Assembly: GCA_028826165.1 (NCBI GenBank)
Contig: JAPDFW010000065.1
Location: 248,001 to 312,000, forward strand
DNA length: 64,000 nt
From: Anaeramoeba ignava BMAN
Taxonomy: Eukaryota; Protista; Anaeramoebae
Reading direction: 5' to 3'
Position numbers and translations under genes: made by a program. Positions 1 to 11,510 of this stretch are shown piece by piece. The notes under the pieces are model-generated. The model was not told the DNA's origin. It saw only the letters and a program-made list of their open reading frames with translations, and did no database searches. Position 1 is the stretch's first letter; each line of letters opens with the position of its first letter.

Positions 1-333
1 ATTTACTTAATGATTGTTCTTTTCTTTATTGGATTGAAACTTGATGGGTTTATTCAAATCAAATATTCAAAATTAATTTATTTATTGATTATTTTTGAAA
101 TTTATATTCTTTATCATATTTGGAAAGAAATTCGAATTTTTGTTGATTTTATTGTTTTTTTGGTTTTATTGGTTATTATTTTAATTGTTTTTTTGATTTT
201 ATTTCTTTATGGAGATGGAATTATCAAAAAACTTTGGATTTCTTTAATTCCAATTTATATTCTTTTAGCTTATCCATTATTTTTCTCATTTGCTATTTTC
301 TTTTCATCAGGATTTAAATTTATTTTCAATTAA
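1..333 (+). CDS. 3' end of F-box/multi-pass membrane protein, array copy 1 (5' part outside window)
   Basis: ORF 10..333 is near-identical to the C-termini of copies 2-4 (GLKLDGFIQIKYSKLIYLLIIFEI...LYGDGIIKKLWISLIP). Confidence 0.8.
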   Translation: MYLMIVLFFIGLKLDGFIQIKYSKLIYLLIIFEIYILYHIWKEIRIFVDFIVFLVLLVIILIVFLILFLYGDGIIKKLWISLIPIYILLAYPLFFSFAIFFSSGFKFIFN

Positions 334-384
334 AAAATCATTTTTCATTTTTCATTTTTCATTTTATATTTTTTAATTTTTTTT

Positions 385-1974
385 TGCAAAATCAAATTGA
401 AATTAAAATGAAAAATCAAAATTGAAAAAGAAATTGAAAAAGAAATTGAAGAAGAAAAATTAAAATGTGCAAATTATAAATTAATTGGAAATGAAAGTTA
501 TATTCCAATTAATCAAAAAGATTTTCAAAAATTAAAAAAATCAAATTTAATTGAAACACCATTTAAAACAAAAAAACCATCAAATGAAATTAATTTAATA
601 TTTGAAATGTTATTTGATGAAAGTAAATAAATAAATTCATTTTATATTAAAAATTTAAAATAAAATTAATTTAAAAAATAAAATAAAAAGTTTTATTAAT
701 AATATTAAGTTATTTATCACCTGGTGAAATTATTTTATTTTCTTTAACTTGTAAACAAGCTCAAATGATTTGTTCTGATTATTTTCTTTGGAAACAAATT
801 GCAATTAAATTTCAAGATTATTTTAGTTGGAATTCTGTTTTTTGATTATTATTATAATTATCCAAATATTGAATTAAAAGCAATTCAATTTAAAATTCAA
901 GAAAAAAATCAAAATGATCCAAAACAAAAACAAATTAAAGAACTTTCTAAAACAAATGAAAAAATCAAAAATTATTTTGATAATTCAAATTCAACAACAA
1001 TCAAAACAGGAACTTATAATTATCAACCAAATTTCATTTCAATCAAAAGTGAAAGAATAATTTATATTCAAAATCTCCAAAATCCAAAACAAGAAATTGA
1101 AAACAAAGGAAAATGATTTATAAAGAAATGAAAAAAGTAAAAGAAGAATTTACTTATTCACAAAAAAGAATTAATTATGATTGGGGATCAAAAAGATATT
1201 TATTAACGCAATTCATTGCTACAATGAATGGAATTATTTTAATTTCAACATTAATTATATTAAATATTTATATTGATTCAAAAAAATCAATATCAATTCC
1301 AAAATTATTTCTTTTATCAGAACTTGATTTAATAATTACAATATTTTGGATTATTTATTCAAAATTCACCTTTTATTCATTTCAAGAATATTTACATACT
1401 TTTAAAAATTACAATTACTGGATTAACATTATTAATATTAATAAGTTTAAAAACAATGAAGATATTTAATTTTATTCCATGGTTAATTATTTTACTTCCT
1501 CCAATTATTTTATTAATTTCTTTAATTTATCAACTTCTCAAAGAACTAAAAAGGGTTTTTTATGATAGAATTGTTTTCATTGTTTTTATTTTATCTTTAA
1601 TTTATTTAATAATTACTTTTTTCTTTATTGGATTAAAACTTGATGGATTTATTCAAATCAAATATTCAAAATTGATTTATTTATTGATTATTTTTGAAAT
1701 TTATATTCTTTATCATATTTGGAAAGAAATTCGAACTTTTGGAGAATTTTTCGCATTTATAATAGTTTCTTTGGTTATTTTCATTATTTTATTAATGCTA
1801 TTTCTTTATGGAGATGGAATTATCAAAAAGCTTAGAATTGCTTTAATTCCAACTTATCTTCTTTTATCGATTCCTTATTTTTTCTCATTTATTTTTTTCT
1901 TTTATTCAGGATTTAAATTGATTTTGAAAATAATTAAAAATGATGATCAAGATGATGGTTATTATGATTATTAA
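385..1974 (+). CDS. F-box + ~8-TM (TMEM185/TMEM60-like) protein, copy 2; intron 623-690; several frameshifts and a degenerate start
   Basis: Colinear with intact copy 4. GT..AAG intron 623-690 splices to LFDEILLIILSYLSPGEIILFSLTCKQAQMICSDYFLWKQI. ORF fragments 799-1116, 1113-1469 and 1456-1974 are pieces of one gene. Start coordinate approximate. Confidence 0.7.
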
Positions 1975-2030
1975 AAAATGTAATGCAAAAAAAAATAATT
2001 TTTTTTTCATTTTTTTCATTTTTAAATAAA

Positions 2031-3630
2031 ATGCAAAATCAAATTGAAATTAAAGAAAAAGAAATTGAAAAAGAAATTGAAGAAGAAAAATTAAAATGTG
2101 CAAATTATCAATTAATCAGAAAAGAAAGTTATATTCCAATTAATAAAAATGATTTTCAAAAATTAAAAAAATCTGAATTTATTATTGAAACTCCATTTAA
2201 AACAAGAAAACCATCAAATGAAATTAATTTAATATTTGAAATGTTATTTGATGAAAGTAAATAAATAAATTCATTTTATATTTAAATTATAAAATTAAAA
2301 TTAATAAAATAAAATAAAAAGTTTTATTAATAATATTAAGTTATTTATCACCTGGTGAAATTATTTTATTTTCATTAACTTGTAAACAAGCTCAAATAAT
2401 TTGTTCTGATTATTTTCTTTGGAAACAAATTGCAATTAAATTTCAAGATTATTTTAGTTGGAATTCTGTTTTTTTTGATTATTACGATAATTATCCAAAT
2501 ATTGAATTAAAAGGAATTCAATTTAAAATTCAAGAAAAAAAATCAAAATAATCCAAATCAAAAACAAATTAAAGAACTTTCCAAAACAAATGAAAAAATC
2601 AAAAATTATTTTGATAATTCAAAATTCAACAACAATTCAAATGGGAACTTATTCTTATAAACAAAATTTCATTTCAATCAAAAGTGAAAGAATAATTTAT
2701 ATTCAAAATCTTCAAAATCCAAAACAAGAAATTGAAAAAAAAGCTAAAATGATTTTTAAAGAAATGAAAAAGCAAAAGAAAAAAAAATTGCAAAAGAAAA
2801 TTATCAAAAAAAATATCAAAATCCAAACTTCGATCCACATTTTTATGGATATGTTGATAATCAATATTTCCCTTTTCAACCTCGTGATTCAAAAAAATAT
2901 TTATTAAATGAAGTTATCTTAGGAATAAATGGAATTATCCTACTTTCAACATTAATTATATTAAATTATTTTATTGATTCAAAAAAATCAATATCAATTC
3001 CAAAATTATTTCTTTTATCAGAAATTAATTTAATAATTACAATATTTTGGGTTATTTATTTAAAACCTACCTTTTAATTCACTTCAAACATATTTTAATT
3101 TATTATATTTAACGATTACAGGATTAATATTAATGATCTTAATAAGTCTAAAAACAACAATAATATTCAATTTTATTCCATGGTTAATTGTTTTACTTCC
3201 TCCAATTATTTTATTAATTTCTTTAATTTATCAAATTATTGAACAAATGATCATATTTACTTATAATAAAAACCTTTATCAAGGGTTGATTGGCAATTTT
3301 ACTTTCTTAATAATCGCTCTTTTATTTACTGTATTGAAACTTGATGGATTTATTCAAATCAAATATTCAAAATTGATTTATTTATTGATTATTTTTGAAA
3401 TTTATATTCTTTATCATATTTGGAAAGAAATTCAAAATCATGGTGATTTTATTGGTTTTTTTATCACAATTTCTTTTTTCATTATTTTAATAATGTTATT
3501 TCTTTATGGAGATGGAATTATCAAAAAACTTTGGATTTCTTTAATTCCAATTTATCTTCTTTTATTAATTTTCTTATTTTTTCTCATTTTATTTTTTCTT
3601 TTCATCAGGATTTAAATTTATTTTCAATTA
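2031..3630 (+). CDS. F-box + multi-pass TM protein, copy 3; intron 2257-2321; frameshifted
   Basis: ATG 2031 (MQNQIEIKEKEIE), same intron, same F-box and TM blocks. Frameshifts mostly in A/T runs. End inferred from alignment to the copy 4 C-terminus SGFKFIFN*. Confidence 0.7.
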
Positions 3631-3679
3631 AAAAATCATTTTTTTCATTTTTCATTTTTCATTTTTCAAATAAAATAAA

Positions 3680-5257
3680 ATGCAAAATCAAATTGAAATT
3701 AAAGAAAAAGAAATTGAAAAAGAAATTGAAGAAGAAAAATTAAAATGTGCAAATTATAAATTAATTGGAAAAGAAAGCTTTATTCCAATTAATCAAAATG
3801 ATTTTCAAAAATTAAAAAAATCTGAATTAATTTCAACTCCATTTAAAACAAGAAAACCATCAAATGAAATTAATTTAATATTTGAAATGTTATTTGATGA
3901 AAGTAAATAAATAAATTCATTTTATATTAAAAATATAAAATTAATTTAATAAAATAAATAAAAAAAAGTTTTATTAATAATATTAAGTTATTTATCACCT
4001 GGTGAAATTATTTTATTTTCATTAACTTGTAAACAAGCTCAAATAATTTGTTCTGATTATTTACTTTGGAAACAAATTGCAATTAAATTTCAAGATTATT
4101 TTAAATGGGATTCTGCTTTTTTTGATTATTATTATAATTATTACTATAATGATTATCCAAATATTGATTTAAAAGGAAATCAATTCAAAATTCAAGAAAA
4201 AAATCAAAATAATCCAAATCAAAAACAAATTAAAGAATTTTCCAAAACAAATGAAAAAATCAAAAATTATTTTGATAATTCAAATTCAACAACAATCGAA
4301 ATGGGAACTTATAATTATCAACCAAATTTCATTTCAATCAAAAGTGAAAGATTAATTTATATTCAAAATCTCCAAAATCCAAAACAAAAAATTGAAAAAA
4401 AAGCTAAAATGATTTTTAAAGAAATGAAAAGAGTAAAAAAAGGATTTATTCGATATCAAAAACAACAAAATAGAAACAATTCCAATCCCAATTACACTTA
4501 CTTTCAATATGGTTCAAGAAAATATTTCCTAAATGAAGTTATTTTAGGAATGAATGGAATTATTTTGATTACAACATTAATTATATTAAATTATTATATT
4601 GATTCAAAAAAATCAATATCAATTCCAAAATTATTTCTTTTATCAGAAATTGATTTAATAATTACAATATTTTGGATAATTTATTCAAAATCAACTTTTA
4701 GTTCTGAAAAGAAATATTACAATTTTTTATATTTAACAATTTCTGGATTTATATTCATGTTATTAATAAGTCTGAAAACAACGAAAATATTCAATTTTAT
4801 TCCATGGTTAATTGTTTTACTTCCTCCAATTATTTTATTCATTTCTTTAATTCCTCAATTAAATCAACAAATGAAAAGATATCCTTATGATAAATTTGTG
4901 TATTATTTCTTCATTTTCGGTTTAATTTATTTAATAATTGTTCTTTTATTTACTGGATTGAAAATTGATGGATTTATTCAAATTAAATATTCAAAATTGA
5001 TTTACTTATTGATTATTTTTGAAATTTTTATTCTTTATTCTAGCAAAAATGAGATTCGAACTTTTAGTGATTTTATTGGTTCTTTGATTTTCTTTTTTGC
5101 AATTATTATTATTGTTTTGATGATATTTCTTTATGCAGATGGAATTATCAAAAAACTTTGGATTTCTTTAATTCCAAGTTATCTTCTTTTATTAATTCCT
5201 TATTTTTTCTCATTTTATTATTTTTTTTATTCAGGATTTAAATTTATTTTCAATTAA
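3680..5257 (+). CDS. F-box + ~8-TM protein, copy 4, intact (exons 3680-3902, 3969-5257; 503 aa)
   Basis: Splicing GT3903..AG3968 gives a continuous ORF joining 3680 to the 4301..5257 ORF. F-box consensus LFDEILLIILSYLSPGEIILFSLTCKQAQIICSDYLLWKQI. C-terminal half has ~8 hydrophobic helices with L(K/Y)xDGxI and WLIVLLP hairpin motifs like TMEM185/TMEM60/TMEM203. Confidence 0.85.
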
Positions 5258-5260
5258 AAA

Positions 5261-5316
5261 ATCATTTTTTTCATTTTTCATTTTTTTTCATTTTTCATTT
5301 TTCATTTTTCATTTTA
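5261..5316 (+). promoter_or_regulatory. Tandem (TTTTTCA)n putative initiator-like element upstream of VPS33 (motif recurs before most genes)
   Basis: About seven TCATTTT units ending ~10 nt before ATG 5325. The same motif occurs strand-specifically before most ATGs in the window. Confidence 0.5.
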
Positions 5317-5324
5317 TAAAAAAA

Positions 5325-7277
5325 ATGAGTGGTTCAGTTTTTTTAAATAATATTCAATTTGTTCCTTCTTTAAATGAAATGAGAGAAACAATTAGAGATA
5401 AATTTAGAGAAAAAATGAAAAAAATTACAGGAAGAAAAGAAATTATTTTAGATCCAAAATCAGTTGGTTCACTTGGACTTATGATTGATATTACAATAAT
5501 GAAAGTAAATTCAAAAATTCAAAAATTTTAATTTGAAAAAATTTAAAAAATAAATAAATAAAAAAATAAAAAGGAATGTGGAATTCAAAAGTTTTTATAT
5601 TTAAAAGATAATCTTCCTCCACTTGAAAAATATACAAACAGAATATTTTTTATTCCTCCCAAATTATTACTAATTAAAACATTAACAAACTATTTACAAA
5701 AAGTCAAAAAATTCACGAAAAAAGAGGAAATTGAAAGATATGAAGAAATCAAGAAAGAAAACCATTACTTGTTTTTATATCCAAGAAAAACCATACTTTG
5801 TGATGAAATATTGGAAGAAGATGGAGTTTATGATTTAATCACAGTTGATGATTTTGATTTAGGGATTATTCCTTTTGAAACTGATGTTTTAACATTGGAA
5901 TTAGATTCGGATTTTAGGAAATATCGAATGAATGATATTTCCTCTTTATATTATATCACAACTTCGCTTTTAAATCTTCAAAAACACGTTGGGAAAATTC
6001 CCGAAATTAAATGGATTGGAGAAAAATCAAAATTTGTTGCAGAAATGCTGAAAAAACATCAAGAAGAAACTGAAAACCAAAATCAAAATCAAAATGCAAA
6101 AAAATCAGAAATTGATTCATTGATTATTTTCGACAGAAAAACAGACATGATAACACCTTTAGTCACACAAATCAATTATGAAGGACTTATCAATGAGGTT
6201 TTTGTAATCAAAAACACTTATGTAGAATTACCAGCAAAATGGCTTGACTTTAATAAAGAAAAAGAAGAAAAAAGCCAATTGGAAGATAATAAAGAACAAC
6301 AACAACCAGTTGTCAAAACTGATCCAAATAAAAGACAAAAATATGTTTTGAATTCAACAGATTTACTGTTCACGGAAATTAGAGATCGAAACATGGGAGA
6401 AGTTGGAGCAATTCTTAATTCAAAAGCAAAGGAAATATCAAAAGAATATGGAACTCGTTTTGAACCAAATCAAAGTATTTCCAGTTTGAGAAAATTTGTT
6501 CAGAAACTTCCTCATTTGCAGGATCAGCATTTCTCTTTATCTGTGCATATCAAAATGACACAGGAAATTCTTGCAATTACTTCCAAACCTCATTTCTCCG
6601 ATAGAATGGAAAATGAATTGGCACTTTTGGCTGGAGAAATTACAGATGCAAACGAATACATTGAAAATTTGATCAACAAACAAGATAAAATTCAATCGGT
6701 TTTCCGCATTCTTTGTTTGCAGTCTTTGATCCTCAACGGATTGAAGCAAAAGGATTTTGATTTTTTCAGGAAGGAAATTGTTCAAGTTTATGGGCATAAA
6801 TACATTTTTTCTTTGTATAATTTGCAGAAATTTGGAATTTTGAAATTGAGTGAGTCCAAGTCAAATTTCCCGCAAATCCGGAAGATTTTTAATTTGATTA
6901 ATTTCGATTTTGATAAGTCAGATGATCATGTGTATTCAGTATTTTCAGGCTATGCACCAATTTCAGTAAGGATAATCCAGCAAGCTTTTGAGCCAGGATG
7001 GGAAAGTATTAAAAATCAACTATTTTTACTTGAAAATTCAAGTTTTGGAACTATTTATAATGTTTCAAAGAAGGAACTGATTGAAATGGAAGAGAAAAGA
7101 AAGAAAACGAAAGTTGTTCTTGTTTTTTTTATTGGAGGTGTTACTCATGCAGAGATTTCTGGATTGAGACTTTTGGAAAAAGATCAAGGGAATAAGTTTC
7201 ATTATGTTATTGCTACTACAAAGATTATTGATGGTGCTTATGTTTCCAAGTCTTTTATTGATCCTTTAGTATTTTGA
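5325..7277 (+). CDS. VPS33: Vacuolar protein sorting 33 (Sec1/Munc18 family, HOPS/CORVET); exons 5325-5504, 5574-7277
   Basis: In-frame GT5505..AG5573 intron. Motifs LYPRKTILCDEILE, IPFETDVLTLE, DRKTDMITPLVTQINYEGLI, LNSTDLLFTEIRD, YSVFSGYAPISVR and VFFIGGVTHAEISGLR are typical of Vps33. Confidence 0.92.
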
Positions 7278-7350
7278 ATCCTTTTTTTTTTAATCAATCA
7301 ATCAATAAATTCTCAAAAACAATTTTAATAGTTTTATTTCAAAAATAAAT

Positions 7351-7945
7351 AATATTAAATTATATTTTTAAATTAATTTATAAATTAAATATTAAATTAA
7401 ATCTATTCTTATTTTTTATATTTTTATGTTTAAATATTTAAATAATAAAATATTTAAATCTAAAACATTAAATTATTATTTTAAACATAAAATTAAATAT
7501 TAAATTATATTTTTAAATTAATTTATAAATTAAATATTAAATTAAATCTATTCTTATTTTTTATATTTATATGTTAAATATTTAAATAATAAAATATTTA
7601 AATCTAAAACATTAAATTATTATTTTCAATAATAAAATTAAATATTAAATTATATTTTTAAATTAATTTATAAATTAAATATTAAATTAAACTTATTCTT
7701 ATTTTTATATTTATATGTTAAATATTTAAATAATAAAATATTTAAATCTAAAACAATAAATTATTATTTTAATAATAAAATTAAATATTAAATTATATTT
7801 TTAAATTAAATTATAAATTAAATATTAAATTAAATCTATTCTTATTTTTTATATTTATATGTTAAATATTTAAATAATAAAATATTTAAATCTAAAACAT
7901 TAAATTATTATTTTAAACAATAAAATTAAATATTAAATTATATTT
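7351..7945. repeat. ~145-bp AT-rich tandem satellite, ~4 units (left array)
   Basis: Marker 'atctattcttatt' at 7401 and 7546 gives period 145. Unit contains the perfect palindromes ttaatttataaattaa and ttaaatatttaa. Confidence 0.9.
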
Positions 7946-8089
7946 CATTCAATGTTTCTTTATTTAAATTAATATAAAACCATTCCCAAAAAAATTGAAA
8001 ATAAAGTTGAAAAAAAATCCATTTTTTAAAAAAAGAAAAATACTTCTTTGTTCAAAAAACAAAAAAGAAGGAAGTAAGAGAAGAGAGAA

Positions 8090-9834
8090 TTAAAACTCTT
8101 TCTTCTGAATAACAAAAGCTCCTTTGTTTGGTTCTTTAGCAATAAGTTTAAAAGCTTTTTCCTAATTCAATATTATCTTTAGCTAAATGAAAATCTCCTT
8201 TTCCCATTTGTGCAATTTCTTTTAAAAAATCTTGAGAATTTCCTGCTTCTCCAAATCCAACTGTATGAATCAAAACTTCTGGAAAATTTTGAAGTTGTTC
8301 TTCAAGAAGTTTTTTGGTTTTTGTTGAATTACAATCACCTCCATCAGTTAAAAGAACAATAACTGATTTTTCTCTTTTGAATTTTTCATTTTCATCTTTA
8401 ATTAATTTGAAAGCAAGTTCAAATCCCGTATAAAAATAGGTACCTCCTCCAATATCGAGATTAGAACCAAATTCTTCAATTAAGTTTGGATTGACTTTTT
8501 TAGATTCAAAAATATATTCTGCTGAAGTATCAAAAGTAATAAATGTACAAAGATCTTCAGGATTTTCATGAATTCTTAAATCTAAATAATTAATACAACA
8601 TTCCAAAACTGCTCCAAATCTGTTATTATTTTTTTTCTTAATCCAATCATAAATTTCTGGTTGAAAATCTGAATCATACATTGAAACTGATCTATCAATT
8701 AACAAGTAATGATGATAATTTTCCAAAATCGAATTCTCTTCCATGATTACAAGGAAAGAAATGACCTTCTCTTGAAGTAAATCCTTGTTGATATCCTTTT
8801 GGAAATTGATTAGGAATCCATTTTGAATGCCATAAAGGAAGAACACAATAAGGAATTTCTTCATTTTCTGTTTTTCTTCCAAGAAATTCTAAAGCGTGAA
8901 CTTGTTTTAATTTTTTTTCATGAGAATGAGATTGATGATTCTCATGAATTTCTGCTCCACAAATTGCTCCACATCTGCTAAATTCGAATTCTTGTTCTTT
9001 ACTAAATCCACTTTTGAATTTAAGATAGAAATTCCAATAAAAATGACAAGTTGCTTCATAATATTGAACATTATCAGAGTATTCTTTATCTGAATATCGA
9101 ATTAATTTCCTGAAAGATTGAGGAACTTTATTCAAATTAATCTCATCTAAAGGAATCAAATGAATATGACCTCTTCCACCAAGAAGACATTGATGAGTGC
9201 AAATGATTTGTTTTGAACTTTCACCTGTTTTTAAATGATATTCTTCGGATTCTATTCCATTTTTTCCTTTTTCTGTAACAAGAGTACTGTATCTCATATT
9301 TCCATGTTGAACTGAATGAAGTCCTTTATGACCTTTTTGAAGAGTACATGAATAATGGCAAGATTTGCAAACATATCCACAATAGACCCTTTTTTCTTTA
9401 TCTCTTTCTCGTTCTTCTTTTTCTCTTCTTTTTCTTTCTTCTTCTTCTCTTCTTCTTTTTTCTTCTTGTTCTCTTTGTTCTTGTTCTTGTCTTCTTCTTC
9501 TTTGTTTCGAAATATCAGAATCTACTTTAATATCAATAATATAATGATTTTTACTTATTTTTTTATCTTTTTCTGATAATTTCCTAATACAATCTTCGAT
9601 AGATTCTAAAAGTGTTCTTTTTTCTAAAAGTGGAATTTTTTGAATGAAAAATTTAATTTGATTTGGTCTAAATTTAATTTTATTTGAAAAAAATATAAGT
9701 GCATTTTCATAAGTAATTGTTTCTAAATTTTGAATTGGGAATATTTCTGAAATGTATCGAAATTCTATTTCATATTCTTTTCTGTTTTGGTTTCTTCTTG
9801 AATTAATTATTTCAAGAAATTCATTACTTTCCAT
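8090..9834 (-). CDS. Coiled-coil + Cys/His-rich + C-terminal vWA protein (intronless; two apparent 1-nt frameshifts near 8720 and 8158)
   Basis: ORF 8695-9834 carries CGYVCKSCHYSCTLQKGH..HGNM, CGAIC..EIH, YCVLPLWH and GHFFPC. ORF 8148-8882 carries a vWA with intact MIDAS (LIDRSVSM, GGGT, LLTDG). Removing one A in each of two A-runs joins them and ends ...GKAFKLIAKEPNKGAFVIQKKEF* at 8090. Confidence 0.8.
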
Positions 9835-9931
9835 TTTAGTTTTTGTTTTTGTTTTAAATTAATTTTTTAAAAAATCAAATAAAAAAAAATGAAAATCAAA
9901 TAAATAAAATAAAATTTCTTTTATATATTAA

Positions 9932-10159
9932 AAAAGTCCACTTTTCAAAAAATAATTAAAATTAAAATCAAAAGAAAATAAATAAAAAAACTTTTTTTGA
10001 TCAAAAAAGTCCACTTTTCTAAAAATAAATAAAAACAAAATCAAATAAATAAAATAATTTTCTTTTATATATTAAAAAGTCCACTTTTCTAAAAATAATT
10101 AAAAACAAAAGAAAAGAAATAAAATAATTTTCTTTTAAATATCAAAAAAGTCCACTTTT
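9932..10159. promoter_or_regulatory. Four copies of near-palindrome AAAAGT-CC-ACTTTT at ~71-bp spacing upstream of the vWA gene
   Basis: Copies at 9932-9945, 10005-10018, 10075-10088 and 10146-10159. The core is invariant while the surrounding AT-rich spacers vary. Regulatory role is inferred. Confidence 0.5.
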
Positions 10160-10602
10160 CAAAAAATAAATAAAAACAAAAGAAAAAATAAATAAAATAA
10201 TTTTGATCAAAAAAGAAAAATTTCCCTTTTTTTTTTCAATTTTTTTTAATTTTTTTAAAGTTGGAATTTTAAATTAATCATCACAAATTGATCCTAAATA
10301 TAATCCAATTTCTTTTTTTTTCAATATTTATTTGTTAAATTTAATTTAATTTTGTTTTAAAAAAATTAATAAAATATTTTAATCAACTTTATTTCAAAAA
10401 TGGAATAAAGAATATTAAATAATTAAATTCAGAATTAATTCTATTTTATATAATATATCAATTTTTCTTTATTTAAAATAATATAAAATTATTCCCAATA
10501 ATTTAATAAACTTGCAAAAAAAAAATTGAAATATTTTAATAAAGATAAAAATTTAATTTTAATAAGTTTTAATAATAAATTTTAATTGATTTTTCTCTTA
10601 TT

Positions 10603-11437
10603 TTATATTTTTAAATTAATTTATAAATTAAATATTAAATTAAATCTATTCTCATTTTTTATATTTATATGTTAAATATTTAAATAATAAAATATTTAAA
10701 TCTAAAACATTAAATTATTATTTTAAATAATTAAATTAAATATTAAATTATATTTTTAAATTAATTTATAAATTAAATATTAAATTAAACCTATTTCCAT
10801 TTTTTATATTTATATGTTAAATATTTAAATAATAAAATATTTAAATCTAAAACATTAAATTATTATTTTAATAATAAAATTAAATATTAAATTATATTTT
10901 TAAATTAATTTATAAATTAAATATTAAATTAAATCTATTCTTATTTTTTATATTTTTATGTTAAATATTTAAATAATAAAATATTTAAATTTAAAACATT
11001 AAATTATTATTTTAATAATGGAATTTAAATATTAAATTATATTTTCAAATTAATTTATAAATTAAATATTAAATTAAATCTATTTCCATTTTTTATATTT
11101 TTATGTTAAATATTTAAATAATAAAATATTTAAATTTAAAACAATAAATTATTATTTTAAACATAAAATTAAATATTAAATTATATTTTTAAATTAATTT
11201 ATAAATTAAATATTAAATTAAATCTATTCTTATTTTTTATATTTATATGTTTAATATTTAAATAATAAAATATTTTAAAATAAAATTAAATATTAAATTA
11301 TATTTTTAAATTAATTAATAAAAATTAAATTAAATCTATTCTTATTTTTATGTTAAATATTTAAATAATAAAATATTTAAATTTAAAACATTAAATTAAT
11401 ATTTTAAACATAAAATTAAATATTAAATTATATTTTT
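10603..11437. repeat. ~145-bp AT-rich tandem satellite, ~5-6 units (right array, same family and orientation as 7351-7945)
   Basis: Marker at 10644, ~10789 and 10933. Units nearly identical to the left array; last unit partly deleted. Confidence 0.9.
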
Positions 11438-11510
11438 TTATTTTTTAAATTTTTCTATTTTTCATTTTTATTTTTCATTTTTATTTTTCAAAAATAAAAA
11501 TAAAAACAAA

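Noticed and set aside
9932-10159. CRISPR-like repeat-spacer array
   Set aside because: Eukaryotic context, only a 14-bp core, spacers are related to each other, and no cas genes.
7946-10602. Classical DNA transposon or retroelement carrying the vWA gene
   Set aside because: No terminal inverted repeats, LTRs, transposase or reverse transcriptase. Kept only as a cassette-like finding.
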